Positions 23,886 through 36,287 of a stretch of 64,000 bases of DNA are shown in pieces; positions within the stretch are counted from its first letter, which is position 1; each line of letters starts with the position of its first letter. This DNA is from Felis catus (taxonomy: Eukaryota). A model generated the notes under the pieces. It saw nothing but the letters and a program-made list of their open reading frames with translations. It did no database searches and had not been told where the DNA came from. The stretch lies in assembly GCF_018350175.1 (NCBI RefSeq), contig NC_058368.1:210864001-210928000 (forward strand), written 5' to 3'. The position numbers and the translations under genes are program-made.

Positions 23886-24457
23886 CGTTGCGAACTGAGT
23901 TGTATTCCCCAAAAGTAATAGGCCCAATCCTCAAGGTGACTGTATTTAGAGACAGGATCTTTAAGGAGGTAACGAAGATTACTTGCGGTCTGGAGTGCCT
24001 GGGTGGCTCAGTGAGTTAAGCACCCGGCTTCAGCTCAGGTCATGATCTCACAGTTCTTGAGTTCCTGGACTCTGCACTGACAGTGCAGAGGCTGCTTGGG
24101 ATTTTCTCTCCTGCCTCCCCTCCCCCCCCTGCCCCTCCCCCACTCACTCTTGCTCTCTCTTTCAAAATAAATAAACAAAATAAGATTAATTGTGGTCACA
24201 AGAGTGGGATCCTAATCCCTATAAGAAGAGGAAGAGAAGCCAGAACCTCACTGCACCACTTCCCAGCACAGAGAAAAGGCCTTGTGAGGACAAGAGAGAA
24301 AATAGCCATCTGCAAACCAAGGAGAGAGGCCTCAACAGACACCTTAATCTTGGACTCTTCCAGCCTCAAGGACTGTGAGAAAATACATTTCTGTTGTTAA
24401 GCCCCCCACTCGGTGGTGGGATTGTTACAGCCGTCCTAGCACGGAGCAGACTAACAC
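23886..24457 (+). mobile_element. MaLR LTR (MLT1A-like) nested in the 3' end of the older MLT1
   Basis: GTGACTGTATTTAGAGACAGGATCTTTAAGGAGGTAA; GCCATCTGCAAACCAAGGAGAGAGGCCTCA; GAGCAGACTAACAC end. Confidence 0.85.
23991..24181 (+). mobile_element. Can-SINE nested in the MLT1A-like LTR
   Basis: TSD AAGATTACTTGCGGTC (23975-23990) and AAGATTAATTGTGGTC (24182-24197). Confidence 0.92.
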
Positions 24458-24665
24458 CGGCAGTAATAGAAAACTAATACAGTTAGTGACAGCACCGATT
24501 CGGGGCCGAGCCTTACGGTGTGAGATATCTGGGTTTGTTGGTTTATTTATAATTAGTTGACAATCTATTCTTGCAATTTCAAAATTTTATCTATGTGATC
24601 AAATGTATCAGTTTTTATGGCTCTGGATTTCATATCTTGCTTAGAAAGGCCATCCCCTCCCCGGT

Positions 24666-24732
24666 TCTCTCTCTCTCAAAAATAAATGAATGAATAAATA
24701 AATAAATAAATAAATAAGTACAAACTTAAAAA
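24666..24732 (+). mobile_element. Can-SINE 3' tail remnant with (TAAA)n
   Basis: TCTCTCTCTCTCAAAAATAAATG...(TAAA)n...AAACTTAAAAA. Confidence 0.7.
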
Positions 24733-25159
24733 TAGAAATTAGTCTTGGTGGGAGTATTGACACCAAAGAAATTGGTGTCTGCTAATTGCTACAAATCAGT
24801 CCTTTTTTCCCCAGGAAGCTTTGGCTCCAGGATTCGAACTACAGCACCAGTTAGTCTTCCCCATGCTCTGGCCAGTCATATGGGAGAGAACGGGGGACAA
24901 GAAGCTAAGATAATCTTCTTGTGCCATCATTAAATAATATTTACAAAGATTACTCAGAGGAAGATTTGGATGCCCCTGGAAGGCTTTTTCAATGCTCAGA
25001 TTATTGCAATCTTAAGTTTGAAGAGGTTTTTTTTTTTTTTTTTTTTGGTAAAATAAAGATAAAAATGAGTAGCTTTTATTTTAATAAAATAAATAAAACT
25101 CTGAGCTTAAAATATTATACAAGATCATTTTAATAAATGATATGTCTATTAATAGGTAA

Positions 25160-25640
25160 TGTTAAATAACTTATGTTAAGCCCAGACAAAGGAATACCAT
25201 CCAGTGGTCTAACAAGTGTATATGGGCTTGGCATAAAAATTATCATTAAGTAGAAAAAGTAAATAGCAGAAAAATGTGTATCTTATGATTACACTTATGT
25301 ATACAAAAACTATCGAGAAGAGGTATTGGGGGATCCTCTGAGGTGCTGGTGATGCTTTATTTCTTGATTTTAAGGGTGGTTACATAAGAGAGTGTTCAGT
25401 TTGTGGCAATTTATGACACTAAAAAATCATGCCTACCTTTATATGTGTGTTATACTTAAAGAGTTTACTTACAAAGGCATGTGTGTAGATATTTATGTGT
25501 ATAATTTCTTAGAAGAAAATTCATAGTGTTTTCCTCTGGCGAGGGGGGTGGCCTTTGGGAACTAGCGAAAGGACTCTTACTTTCTACCCTTTATGTTTTG
25601 TATTGTTTGAATGTTTTACAGAGAGTATATATTATTTTGT
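25160..25640 (+). mobile_element. Old L1 (L1ME-like) 3' end fragments
   Basis: GGTGCTGGTGATGCTTTATTTCTTGAT...GGTGGTTACAT...GTGTTCAGTTTGTG. Confidence 0.6.
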
Positions 25641-26629
25641 AGGGAGAAAAAAAAAGTGTCCCCAAGGAACTATTTAAACAATTAACTACACATCTATTCA
25701 CTTCACCTTGAAAATTGATGTGTTACTTTCTACATTCAGCTGCTTCTTGTGTTCTATTAGAAATTCCAGATGGTGGGGAGGACTACATCCCCCCTTGTGA
25801 TTTAGGAACACATGAACAAAGGTGGCACATCGGTAATGTAAAATCTGTGTGACAGCCTTCTTCAGAGGAGTCTCATTTATCTTCAAAACCCAAGTAAATT
25901 ACCTGAGTGGATACGAATTCCATTTTGTGAAATCTTTGTTGAGAGGCGAATGAATAATTGACCAGAAGCCTGCAAGTCCATGCGTTGGCCCTTTCTCTGC
26001 TCCTGGAGGCACTTGGATACATATTTCAGCTCTAAAACATTTTTGAAAGTTAAGATGAGAAAATATTTGAGGACTAGAGACACAGCATATTTAACTAATT
26101 TGTGCAAGGCTGGCCTTAAAAGTCTTTGAAGGGACTAAGAGAGAGCTCTTTACAGGTCAAAGTGTACATATTTCTTGAGACTCCTGACCTACGTCTCATC
26201 CACTGGAAAATAGACTTTTTAACCCATTTTAATCTAACCAGAGCTGCTGGTATACAGCTGTTCAATTGCACTGAGACTAAGGCTGTCAGGGACTGAAACC
26301 AGCTTTTGTTCCTCCCACACTGCCGCCATGTGGGCACCCTCCACCCAGAGGGGGCACCATTTTCCAAACCACATAAAGCCTGGTGTGTGGTCTAGAGGCT
26401 GGTGGTGGCCCTACTTGGACCAATACTACAGACCAGAAAGCGGGACTATTTCTTTTGCATTGGTCATTGGAATACCCTTTGGAATATAAGTCATTTGAGG
26501 CCATTACCTAAAACAATGTTATATTAGGCTCATTTATATTTCTGACACTTTTAGAGTATAAGACTTTTGGTTATAACAAAATCATGGAAATACCTGGAAA
26601 CATTTATCTTTACTCAAGCATTAATAATT

Positions 26630-26840
26630 TTTTTTCAACGTTTATTTATTTTTGGGACAGAGAGAGACAGAGCATGAACGGGCGAGGGGCAGAGAGAGAG
26701 GGAGACACAGAATCGGCAACAGGCTCCGGGCTCTGAGCCATCAGCCCAGGGCCCGACGCGGGGCTCAAACTCACGGACCGCGAGATCGTGACCTGGCTGA
26801 AGTCGTGGACGCTTAACCGACTGCGCCACCCAGGCGCCCC
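26630..26840 (-). mobile_element. Young felid Can-SINE (SINEC_Fc-type)
   Basis: CpG-rich; TSD GCATT(A/G)ATAATT starting at 26618 and 26841. Confidence 0.95.
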
Positions 26841-27969
26841 GCATTGATAATTTTTAAAGCTATGCCTTGGATCACCATTTTAAATCTTTGCTGTCTGGCC
26901 TGGCAGAAGGGCTTATTGTATATTGTAGGTTTTAATCCCTTTGAGGTAAATCAATAATGAACACATTGTTATCAGACCAGACAGTCTGGGCTAGGAGTCT
27001 GAAATTTGCCTTTTCATGCTGCCTGCCCACCTTGAATTAAGCTTGCTGGCTTAAATGCTGGCTCTGGCCAGCTAACCTCTTGGTCAAATCTTAATTTGTG
27101 GAGAGTATATCACAGAATTTATATCTGCTCCAAACTCTGGCTAAGATCCTAGGCTTATGCATATGAAGCGAGAAGGCAGATAGAAATGAGAGAAGACCTG
27201 TAGGTTCTTCAGCAGCAGCAGAGGAAACTATCAAAAAGTTGGGGGTGCACTGTTGCCTATGAAACTCTCCTATCCCTCAGAATCTCTGAGGAATGAAGGG
27301 GTGACCAAAACCATCATCCCTTCTGGGGAGAAGGATGCAAAGCTCTGGTCCTACCTTAAGATTCAGGATACACACTGTATTTCCCTAGGCATGGAGGTAG
27401 AGTGGTCAGGAAAAACAAGAGCTCTTCTTTGTCTACACCCTTCTATCACTCTGTTTTGGGGTGTTGGGAGACTCAGCTGTAGGGTGTTTAATGATTCTCA
27501 TTTCCCTGCTTTCCTTTTTTTTTTTTTTATTTTGCTTCGGTAAAAAATGTATTTCAAGAAAATGTACTATGGTGGTAGAAATGCATAAAAGACCTTACAG
27601 GTATCCTTTGAATGAAGTCCTACGCATTGCCTGGCAGACTCTCTGAAAATTAAATGTTTCTGACTGAGATGCACCTTTGATCACTATTGATTATTTAGGT
27701 TATTTCATACAAATCTGGAGAAATAGAACTTAAGTTGTAGAAAACATTTTCTGTCAATAACAGCACACACACACACACAAAAATAACAGCACAGATTTTT
27801 GTCCACAAAACTACAACTGATGGAATTTCATTACATTTGATTTTCCACTTTTAGAAAAGTTGACATCAACATTATATTTTAATTTAATATTAACCAATTG
27901 TGCCTCCATTATTAAGTTAATTTCAGGATTCTTGATTGTGTATGCATGTGTCGGTGTATTTTTTCTTTT

Positions 27970-28055
27970 TTTTAAATTTTTTAAACCATTTTATTGATGA
28001 ATGATTGACATACAAAAAACTATACATATTTAACGTGCACAGCTTGGTGAGTTTA
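27970..28055 (-). mobile_element. Older L1 (L1MA/MB-like) 3' terminal fragment
   Basis: TTTTATTGATGAATGATTGACATACAAAAAACTATACATATTTAACGTGCACAGCTTGGTGAGTTT. Confidence 0.65.
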
Positions 28056-28066
28056 AGATGCGACTG

Positions 28067-29290
28067 TTTTGTTTTGTTTTTAATTTACATCCAAGTTAGT
28101 TAGCATACAGTGCAACAATGATTTCAGGAGTAGATTCCTTAATGCTCCTTACCCATTTAGCCCATCCCCCCTCCCACAACCCTTCCAGTAACCCTCTGTT
28201 CTCCATATTTAAGAGTCTCTGCTGTTTTGTCCCCCTCCTTGTTTTTATATTATTTTTGCTTCCCTTCCCTTATGTTCATCTGTTTTGTATCTTAAATTCC
28301 TTATATGAGTGAAGTCATATGATGTTTGGTTTCTCTGACTACTTTCACTTACCATAATACCCTCTAGTTCCATCCACATAGTTACAAATGGCAAGATTTC
28401 ATTCTTGTTGATTGCCGAGTAATACTCCATTGTATATATATACCACATCTTCTTTATCCATTCATCCATCAATGGACATTTGGGCTCTTTCCATACTTGG
28501 GCTATTGTTGATAGTGCTGCTATAAACATTGGGGTGCATGTGCCCCTGCAAAACAGCATACCTGTATCCCTTGGATAAATACCTAGTAGTGCAATTGCTG
28601 GGTTATAGGGTAGTTCTATTTTTAATTTTTTGAGGAACCTCCATACTGTTTTCCAGAGTGGCTGCACCAGTTTGCATTCCCACCAGCAGTGTAAAAGAGG
28701 TCCTCTTTCTCCGCATCCTCACCAACATCTGTTGTTGCCTGCATTGTTAATGTTAGCCATTCTGACAGGTGTAAGGTGGTATCTCATTGTGGTTTTGATT
28801 TGTATTTCCCTGATGGTGAGCGATGTTGAGCATTTTTTCATGTGTCATTTGGCCATCTGGATGTCTTCTTTGAAGAAGTGTCTATTCATGTCTTTTGCCC
28901 ATTTCTTCACTGGATTATTTGTTTTTTGGGTGTGGAGTTTGATAAGTTCTTTGTAGATTTTGGATACTAACCCTTTATCTGATATGTCATTTGCAAATAT
29001 CTTCTCCCATTCTGTCAGTTGCCTTTCAGTTTTGCTGATTGTTTCCTTCACTGTGCAGAAGCTTTTTATTTTGATGAGGTCCCAATAGTTCACTTTTGCC
29101 ATTGTTTCCCTAGCCTCCTGAGACATGTTGAGTAAGAAGTTGCTGTGGCTGAGGTCAAAGAGGTTTTGCCTGCTTTCTCCTCGAACATTTTGACAGCTTC
29201 TTGTCTTATGTTTAGGTCTTTCATCCATTTTGAGTTTATTTTTGTGTACACTGTAAGAAAGTGGTCCAGGTTCATTGTTTTGCATATGCG
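28067..29290 (-). mobile_element. Carnivore L1, 5'-truncated (ORF2 C-terminus and 3'UTR)
   Basis: ORF peptides [42 protein letters not shown] and CTPMFIAALSTIA are L1 ORF2p; disrupted. Confidence 0.96.
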
Positions 29291-29369
29291 TCTCCCTGGT
29301 TTTCATTAATGGCTTCAAGAGTTCTCTGGATGACTGTCATGGACCAGAAAATGGGTGCCCAACTCAGAG

Positions 29370-29572
29370 AAGCAAAACTCTGATTTGAAACTCTGTTTCT
29401 CCCTTTTCTTAGCTCTGCTCAACTGAGAGAGCTATTCACTGGTTTTAGAGTTTGTTTCTTTATATGTAAAATGAAGTTGTAATATCTACCTGAAAGATTT
29501 TTTTTGAGGATCAGATGAAACAGCACGTGTAATATACCTGGCATAAAGTAAGTGCTCAATATATGTTAGTTC
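29370..29572 (+). mobile_element. MIR SINE
   Basis: ATATGTAAAATGAAG..TAATATCTACC; CCTGGCATAAAGTAAGTGCTCAATA. Confidence 0.75.
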
Positions 29573-29989
29573 CCTTATTCTGCCCTTGCCCCAGAATAAC
29601 TTTGTTTACATTACTTAAGTGAAATACATAGATAATAAATGATTATGCATATTTCTGGGTACCTCATCTATCACTGACATTGTCATTTCTCATTATCAAT
29701 AGGTTGATTTATCCAAAGTTAGGCTCCAGTAATTAAGTTCTTTGGAATCCATTGTTTTTTCATCTTTCCTTGATCCAAAATTTAATAACTTTTATCTAGA
29801 CATTAGCCCACCCACATATCTGAAAACTGCTTGCTTTGCAGTATTCAAAGAGTTTCATTTACTGCTCTTTAACAAATAAATTTAAAAAATAGTAATTAGG
29901 AAAAAAGGTTTTCCTCAGTTTTCTTTTCAAAATTGAGTGAAAGAATTATGGGAGAAAAGGTTTAAAAAGAATAAGTATGATACTTCTTT

Positions 29990-30202
29990 AAAAATTTTTT
30001 AATGTTTATTTTATTTTTGAGAGAGAGAGAGACAGAGCATGATCAGGGGAGGGGCAGAGACGGAGGGGGACACAGAATCTGAAGCAGGCTACAGGCTCTG
30101 AGCTGTCAACACAGAGCCCGATGTGGGGCTCAAACTCACAAACGCGAGATCATAACCTGAGCCAAAGTCGGACACGTAACTGACTCAACCACTCAGGCAC
30201 CC
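29990..30202 (-). mobile_element. Can-SINE
   Basis: Reverse consensus; TSD TGATACTT at 29978-29985 and 30203-30210. Confidence 0.93.
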
Positions 30203-30433
30203 TGATACTTATTTTAAATACAAGTACGAAAATGTTAAAATAATCATAATCTCAATATATCATAAGCAAAGCAAAAATTGACATTCTTGTTTTGTTCAGC
30301 AAATGGACTTTAAATGTTCATTCCTGGTCATCTCTGGAGTTGAAAGCTAATGAGAGTAAACTAGAATACCAGAAGAGTCCTGCATTGAGAGCCATAACGT
30401 GTACAATCCACACATAAATACATTCAAATGCTA

Positions 30434-30975
30434 TTTTTTTTGCCATTGTCATTTTGTTTTTGTTGTTTTTGTTTTTTTTAATATGAAATTTATTGTCAAA
30501 TTGGTTTCCATACAACACCCAGTGCTCATTCCAACAGGTGCCCTCCTCAACGCCCATCACCCACTTTCCCTTCCTTCCCACCCCTCATCAACCCTCAGTT
30601 TATTCCTAGTTTTTAAGAATCTCTTACGGTTTGCCTCCATCCCTAACTTTTTCCCCCCTTCCCCTCCCCCATGGGGTCTTCTGTTAAGTTTCTTAGGATC
30701 CACATAAGAGTAAAAACATATGGTATCTGTCTTTCTCTGTATGACTTATTTCACTTAGCATAACACTCTCCAGTTCCATCCACGTTGCTACAAAAGGCCA
30801 TATTTCATTCTTTCTCATTGCCAAGTAGTATTCCATTGCATGCATAAACCACAACTTCTGTATCCACTCATCAGTTGATGGACATTTAGGCTCTCTCCAT
30901 AATTTGGCTATTGTTGAAAGTGCTGCTATAAACATTGGGGTACAAGTGTCCCTATGCATCAGCACTCCTGTATCT
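30434..30975 (-). mobile_element. Felid L1 (L1_Fc-like) 3' end, 5'-truncated
   Basis: Peptide TCTPMFIAALSTIAKLW...MELESVMLSEISHTEKDRYHMF; 3'UTR; TSD AAATGCTA at 30426-30433 and 30976-30983. Confidence 0.95.
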
Positions 30976-31456
30976 AAATGCTACTAATTTTTAAAAATAT
31001 TCTAAAAGGAACCACGTAGATACAACTCAATGTTCTAATTTTTATTTTTCTCATTTTGCTCTCTTTTTCATGACACCCAAATGTGTTACCTCACTTCACT
31101 TTCCCATACTCAAGACTGCACAATTTATCTGTTTCCTTTGCTGGTTTTGTAAGTCTAAGATCTTTCCATTTTTATACCCTATTTTAGGACAGTGATTTTG
31201 TTAGAACATTTCAAAGAATTAAAAATGTGAGAAGTGAATTAGGACAGGTAGTTTTCAATGGTACACAGATCACCTGTGCCTCTGGTCAGGTCCAAGAGTT
31301 AGGCTTGTGGAGATTAAGCGTTTGCATATTAAAAATCTCCATGCCTTCCAGATGTTCCACCAGGATAGGGCTTCAGCTGCTCTCTTCATTCCCTTTAATC
31401 AAGTATTCTGTATTTAAAAGAGTACTGATTCCACTCTTAAGATACAGAAGTTATTG

Positions 31457-31622
31457 GGGCACCTGGTGGCTCAGTCGGTTGTACATTCAACCCTTGATTT
31501 CAGTTCATTCCATGCTCAGCGTGGAGCCTAAGATTCTGTCTTTCTCTCTCTTTCTGTCCCTCTCCCCCACTTGTGCTCTCTCTCTCAAAATAAATACACA
31601 AGCATTCAACAACAACAACAAA
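31457..31622 (+). mobile_element. Can-SINE with internal deletion
   Basis: Head and (CAA)n tail; TSD ATAC(A/T)GAAGTTATTG at 31442-31456 and 31623-31637. Confidence 0.88.
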
Positions 31623-31954
31623 ATACTGAAGTTATTGCATCGTCATGGAATTGCATTGGGAGTGATAAATGAGAAGTCATTAGAAGGTCTGATTCAGCAG
31701 TCCTTAGACAAAGGTCAAGTCATTTTTCCTGTAAGCAATGTTGAAAGCATAAATAGCTAAATTTTTGATGCCAAGCTATCCACTATTAATAACAATGATA
31801 TTACTTTGTTAACAGATTTTTGTAATGCAAACATTTGCCTCTCTAGAGAAGCAGAAAGAGTTGTTGCATTCAAGTGCCCAGTCTGTCGATAGAAGATTAT
31901 TTAGGGTAGGTTTCACAAAGCTACTTTATGAATTTGTTCCATTAGATTTTTTAA

Positions 31955-31989
31955 GATAGATAGATGACAGATGATTGATAGATAGATAG
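31955..31989. repeat. Imperfect (GATA)n microsatellite
   Basis: Direct reading. Confidence 0.8.
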
Positions 31990-32127
31990 GAGAGAAGATA
32001 TATATCTAAATAGGTCATATATAAATCTAGACACTGAAAGAGAGACAGAGACTTGTAAGCAATATAAAACATACATATATGTGCCCAAAACATTCAAAAT
32101 AAATATTTAAAACATACAAGAGTTTTT

Positions 32128-33821
32128 GTTCATTCCATCCATCTATGGTGGACATTTAGTTTACTTCAACCTCTTGGCAATTGTGAATAATGCTGCAATA
32201 AAGATAGGTGTGCAAGTATCTCTTTGAGATTCTGTTTCCAATTATTTCAGATATATACACAGAAGTTGGATTGCTGTTTTATATGATAATTTAATTTTTA
32301 ATTTTTTGCAGAATCTCCACACTGTTTTCTATAGTAGATATACCATTTTGGATTTTGACCAACAGATTTCTAACGGTGCACAAGTGTTAGAATTTCTCCA
32401 CATCTTCACCAATACTTATTGTTTTCTGGGGTTTGTTTTGTTTTGTTGATAATGACTATTGTAACAAGTGTTGCATGCATCTCATTTTTGATTTGTATTT
32501 TTCTAGTAAATAATGATGTGAAACTTCTATTCATATGCTTGTTGGACCCTTGTACATCTTCTTTGGAGAAATGTCTAATAAGTTCTTCTGCCCTGCTTTA
32601 AATTAGATTTTAGGGGGTTTTGTTGTTGACTTGCATGAGTTTTTAAAATATATTATGGACATAAGCCCTTTATCAAATATATGGTTCACAAACATTTTCT
32701 CCTATTCTATAGGTTGACTTTTCATTCTGTTGATTGTTTTCTTTGCTATGTAGAACTCTAAGTTCAATGTAGTCCCATTTGTCTATTTTTGCTTTTGTTT
32801 CCTGTGCTTTGGGTTTCATATCCTAGAAACCATTGCCAAATCCAATGTCATTAACTTTTCCCTTGTGTTTTCTACTAAAAGTTTTGTAGTTTCAGGCCTA
32901 TATTTATATCTTTAATCTATTTGGGGTTAATTTTTTTATATGGTGTAAGGGAAAGGCCAGCTTCATTCATTTGCATGTGGATATCCAGTTTTTAAACACC
33001 ATTTGTTGAAGAGATATTCTTCCCCCTTTGTGTAGTACATTCATTCTGTTACTGTGGTGTGGTACATTAACCTTGCAGTCCAAGAATAAATCCCACTTGC
33101 TCTTGATGTGTAATTTTTTCAATATGTTGAATTTTGTTTCCTAGTATTTTGTTGAGGATTTTTGTATTATTCACCAAGGATTTGCTCTATAGTTTTCTTA
33201 TAGTGTCTTTGCTTTGGTACCAGAGTAATGCTGGTAATGAGCTTAGAAGTATTTCCTCATCTCAAATTTTTGGAAGAATTTTAAAAGATTTGTGTTAATT
33301 CTTCTTTAAATGTTTGATAGAATTCTTCAGTGAAGCCATCTGGTCTTGGGCTTTTCTTTGTTAGGAGGTATTTGATTACTGATTCAATCACCTTACTTGT
33401 TATAGGTCCATTCTGATTTCTTCATGATTCAATCTTGGTAAATTGTATGCTTCTAGGAATTTATTCATTTCTTTTAGATTATCCAATTTGTTAGCATATA
33501 ATTGTTTCTAGTAGTATCTTATGATCTCTTGTATTTCTGTGGTATCTTTTGTAAAATCCCATCTTTCATTTCTGATTTTATTTATTTGAATCTTTTTTAC
33601 TTAGCTTAGCTAAAGATTTGCCAATTTTGTTTATCTTTTTTAAAAACCTCTTAGTTTTGTTGATTTTTATTTTATTTTTCTCTTTCAGCTTGAAAGGGTC
33701 TTTTTAACAATTCTTGTAAGGCAAATCTGAAAAGGTCTTTATTTCTCCATCATTTGCTGAATATAAATTCTTGTTGTTGGCAATCTTTTTCTTTTAACAT
33801 TCTGAGTATCTCATCCCACTT

Positions 33822-33822
<1 letters not shown>
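32128..33822 (-). mobile_element. Older L1 (L1M-type) ORF2 fragments
   Basis: Antisense L1 motifs GAATAATGCTGCAATAAA, CTTCTTTGGAGAAATGTCTA, CACCATTTGTTGAAGAGA, AGTGAAGCCATCTGGTCTTGGGC. Confidence 0.9.
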
Positions 33823-33823
<1 letters not shown>

Positions 33824-33863
<40 letters not shown>

Positions 33864-33939
33864 ACATACATACAGAGAGAGAGAGAGAGGGGAAAGTGAG
33901 AAAGAGAGAGAGATTGGTTGATTGATTGATTGATTGATT
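33824..33939. repeat. Compound microsatellite (CA)n-(GA)n-(GATT)n
   Basis: Direct reading; lies at the position of the MLT2 internal microsatellite. Confidence 0.9.
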
Positions 33940-34285
33940 AGAAGAAATTGGTTCACACAATTATGGAGTCTGAGAAGTTCTATGATCTGCCATTGGCAAG
34001 CTAGAGACCCAGGAGAGCTGATATGTAGTGCCAGTCAGGGTCTGAAGGCCTGAGGCCCAGGAGATTTGATGATATAATTTCTAGTCTGAAAACCAGCAAG
34101 CTTGAGACCCAAGAAGAGCCTATGCCTCCGCCTGAGTTTGAAGGCCAGAAAAAAACAGTATCACACTCCAACCACTCAGGCAGGAGAAGTTCCCTCTTAC
34201 TTAGGCCTTTTGTTCTATTCAGATTTCCAGTTGATTGAAAGAAGCCCATTCACATTAGGGATACAAATCTGCTTTACTCAGTCTA
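33940..34285 (-). mobile_element. MLT2 (ERVL) LTR fragment
   Basis: GAAATTGGTTCACACAATTATGGAGTCTGAGAAG; CCTTTTGTTCTATTCAG; AATCTGCTTTACTCAGTCTA. Confidence 0.85.
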
Positions 34286-34999
34286 GGCAAAAAGACATAC
34301 AAATGAGCTGACCACAATTTGGGGAATGTTTTTAATCTTAAAAGGAAGATTTTCCTAATTCATGGCAAAGGTTCGTGAACAGCATACTGGGTAATAATCT
34401 TTCAATGAAAGTCATGATCAAGATGCCGTCTGTCATATTGGTCCTAACTCCCCTGGACAGCAGATACTCTAGATTGCTGTTTGTTAAAATGTGACCAAAG
34501 GATTATCTGAATGAAGCTCACTTGTATGAATTAAAAACACAGATTCCAGGACCTAACTCTGGACCTACTGTGTCAGCATCTCCATGGGTGGCTCTGAAGT
34601 ATGCTGACATATTATACATACATTTGTGACTTTTGAAAGTAAAAATAATTTATTTTTTGGGCTTGCCTTCAAGACATGATTTCAGGGAAATAGGTAGAGG
34701 TTTGTCTAAAAGCCCTGAACCAAACTCCCCCTTATTGTTCAATGTAGAGGGTGATACCAATCTCACTTGACAGTGAATGAAGGAGAGTATAAATTGGGTA
34801 TTCAAAAATTCTTGCTCCATAATTGAATTCTGAATATCTTTTCAGTAAGTGGGTTTACTAAATAAAATGCTCCCTTGGGCACTTTTGCTTCTTGGCATCT
34901 ATTGACTAGGAAGAGTTGTCTGTTCTTTCGTGCTGTTCTTACCTCTGGTTTCTAAAGTTCTTAGAAAAATGAAAGAGAAAGAACCTAATAACTCCTGAG

Positions 35000-35210
35000 T
35001 TCCCAAAATATACCAGGCTCTGTATTAGGTATAGTAACTTTAATTTTGCTGATATAGTCCTCACAGAAGCCCAATGGAATAAGATCCTGTTAAATCTTTA
35101 TGAAACTCAGAGATTCACTTTGCTTGTCCAAGACCACACAGGTAGTAAGTTAAAGAGGCACAAACTGAATCCAAGACCATCTAACATAAGGCCCAGGTTC
35201 TTTATGTCTT
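35000..35210 (-). mobile_element. MIR SINE
   Basis: GAAACTCAGAG..CTTGTCCAAGACCACACAGGTAGTAAGT. Confidence 0.6.
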
Positions 35211-35229
35211 GCATATTATTGTCCTCTTA

Positions 35230-36287
35230 GAGCACAAGCTAGTTTGGGGAACATGTATAGAGACCTCAATCCAAAAATAAAATTTTCTTCATGTAAAGAG
35301 AGCTCTTGAACTGGTGAATGAATATACAAATGCCTGTGTATTGTGGGGAGGTCTTTGGAACTATTTCTATAGACTTACCAGGTATTTGTTAATTCTTATG
35401 GGGGAAAGCCTCTGAGAAGCATTGCCATAAACTATTCCCAGCATTGTCAGCTAAACCCCAGACACCCTAAGAAAGTATTCAGAAGTGCAAACAACTCATT
35501 GAAACAACTGCATGTGAACTCGTTTATGCCCATTGTTCTTCCCTAATTAGAACTGTACTTTCATATAATGAAAGTCAGAAGGAAGGATTAATGTTTTGTG
35601 AGATCTGCCTTTAGGAATAAAGCAGGCAGTATAAGTCAAAGGGCAGTTCTTGCTATCACATGTAAGAAGTAAAAATAATAAACCATAGCTACAAAAATGT
35701 TGGAGAAATGCATGAAATTCTGTAATTTCTTATTCTATAAAAATTTGCTTTCCTTTAGCTATTTCTCCACAATGACCTGTAAGAAAATTGACAAAAGTCA
35801 GAAGACCTGTGTACTTGTATAGTTTATACTACAATAGCTTCAAAAAACTTCTGACCATTACAGCCCTGAGCTTCTGCTCCAAGGGAATGTCTAATTATGC
35901 TTTCATTGGAAACAGCTCCCCTTATGGTTTCTGTCCAAAGCACTCAGGATGGACCCCGAATGTACTCTCTTTACACAAAGGAGAATAGTTTTGAACAAGT
36001 GCATAAGCAAAACCTAAGAACTTTTTTCAAGCCATTGGAAAGGCCCCGAGTGCAGTTTGGCAGGAGTAGAGTATGGTGTAGGACCCAAAGAAGATCAATG
36101 AAACTTGGATCAGAAAAACCACAGACGTTATTTTCTTAAGGTTAAGTGTCCTCACCAATCTGTTGTCTTCTTAAATTGGAGCACAAGCTATTTGTGGGAA
36201 CATTTACAGAGAACTCAACCTGAAAATGTAATTTGCTTCTTGTCAAGGAAGCTCTTGAATTGGTGAATGAACATACAAATGCTTGTG
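35230..36287 (+). repeat. Pair of diverged 109-bp direct repeats (35230-35338 and 36179-36287)
   Basis: Ungapped manual alignment, 19 mismatches in 109 bp (about 83% identity), offset 949 bp. Confidence 0.9.

Larger units (their letters stand above)
23353..24481 (+). mobile_element. MaLR LTR (MLT1E/D-like) hosting nested insertions
   Basis: TGTGGCAAATTGAATAATGG start; terminal AATAGAAAACTAATACA displaced to 24465-24481; flanks GTGAG and GTTAG. Confidence 0.85.

Noticed and set aside
28245..29318. ORFs with clear protein-like sequence
   Set aside because: Disrupted L1 ORF2p fragments, not host genes
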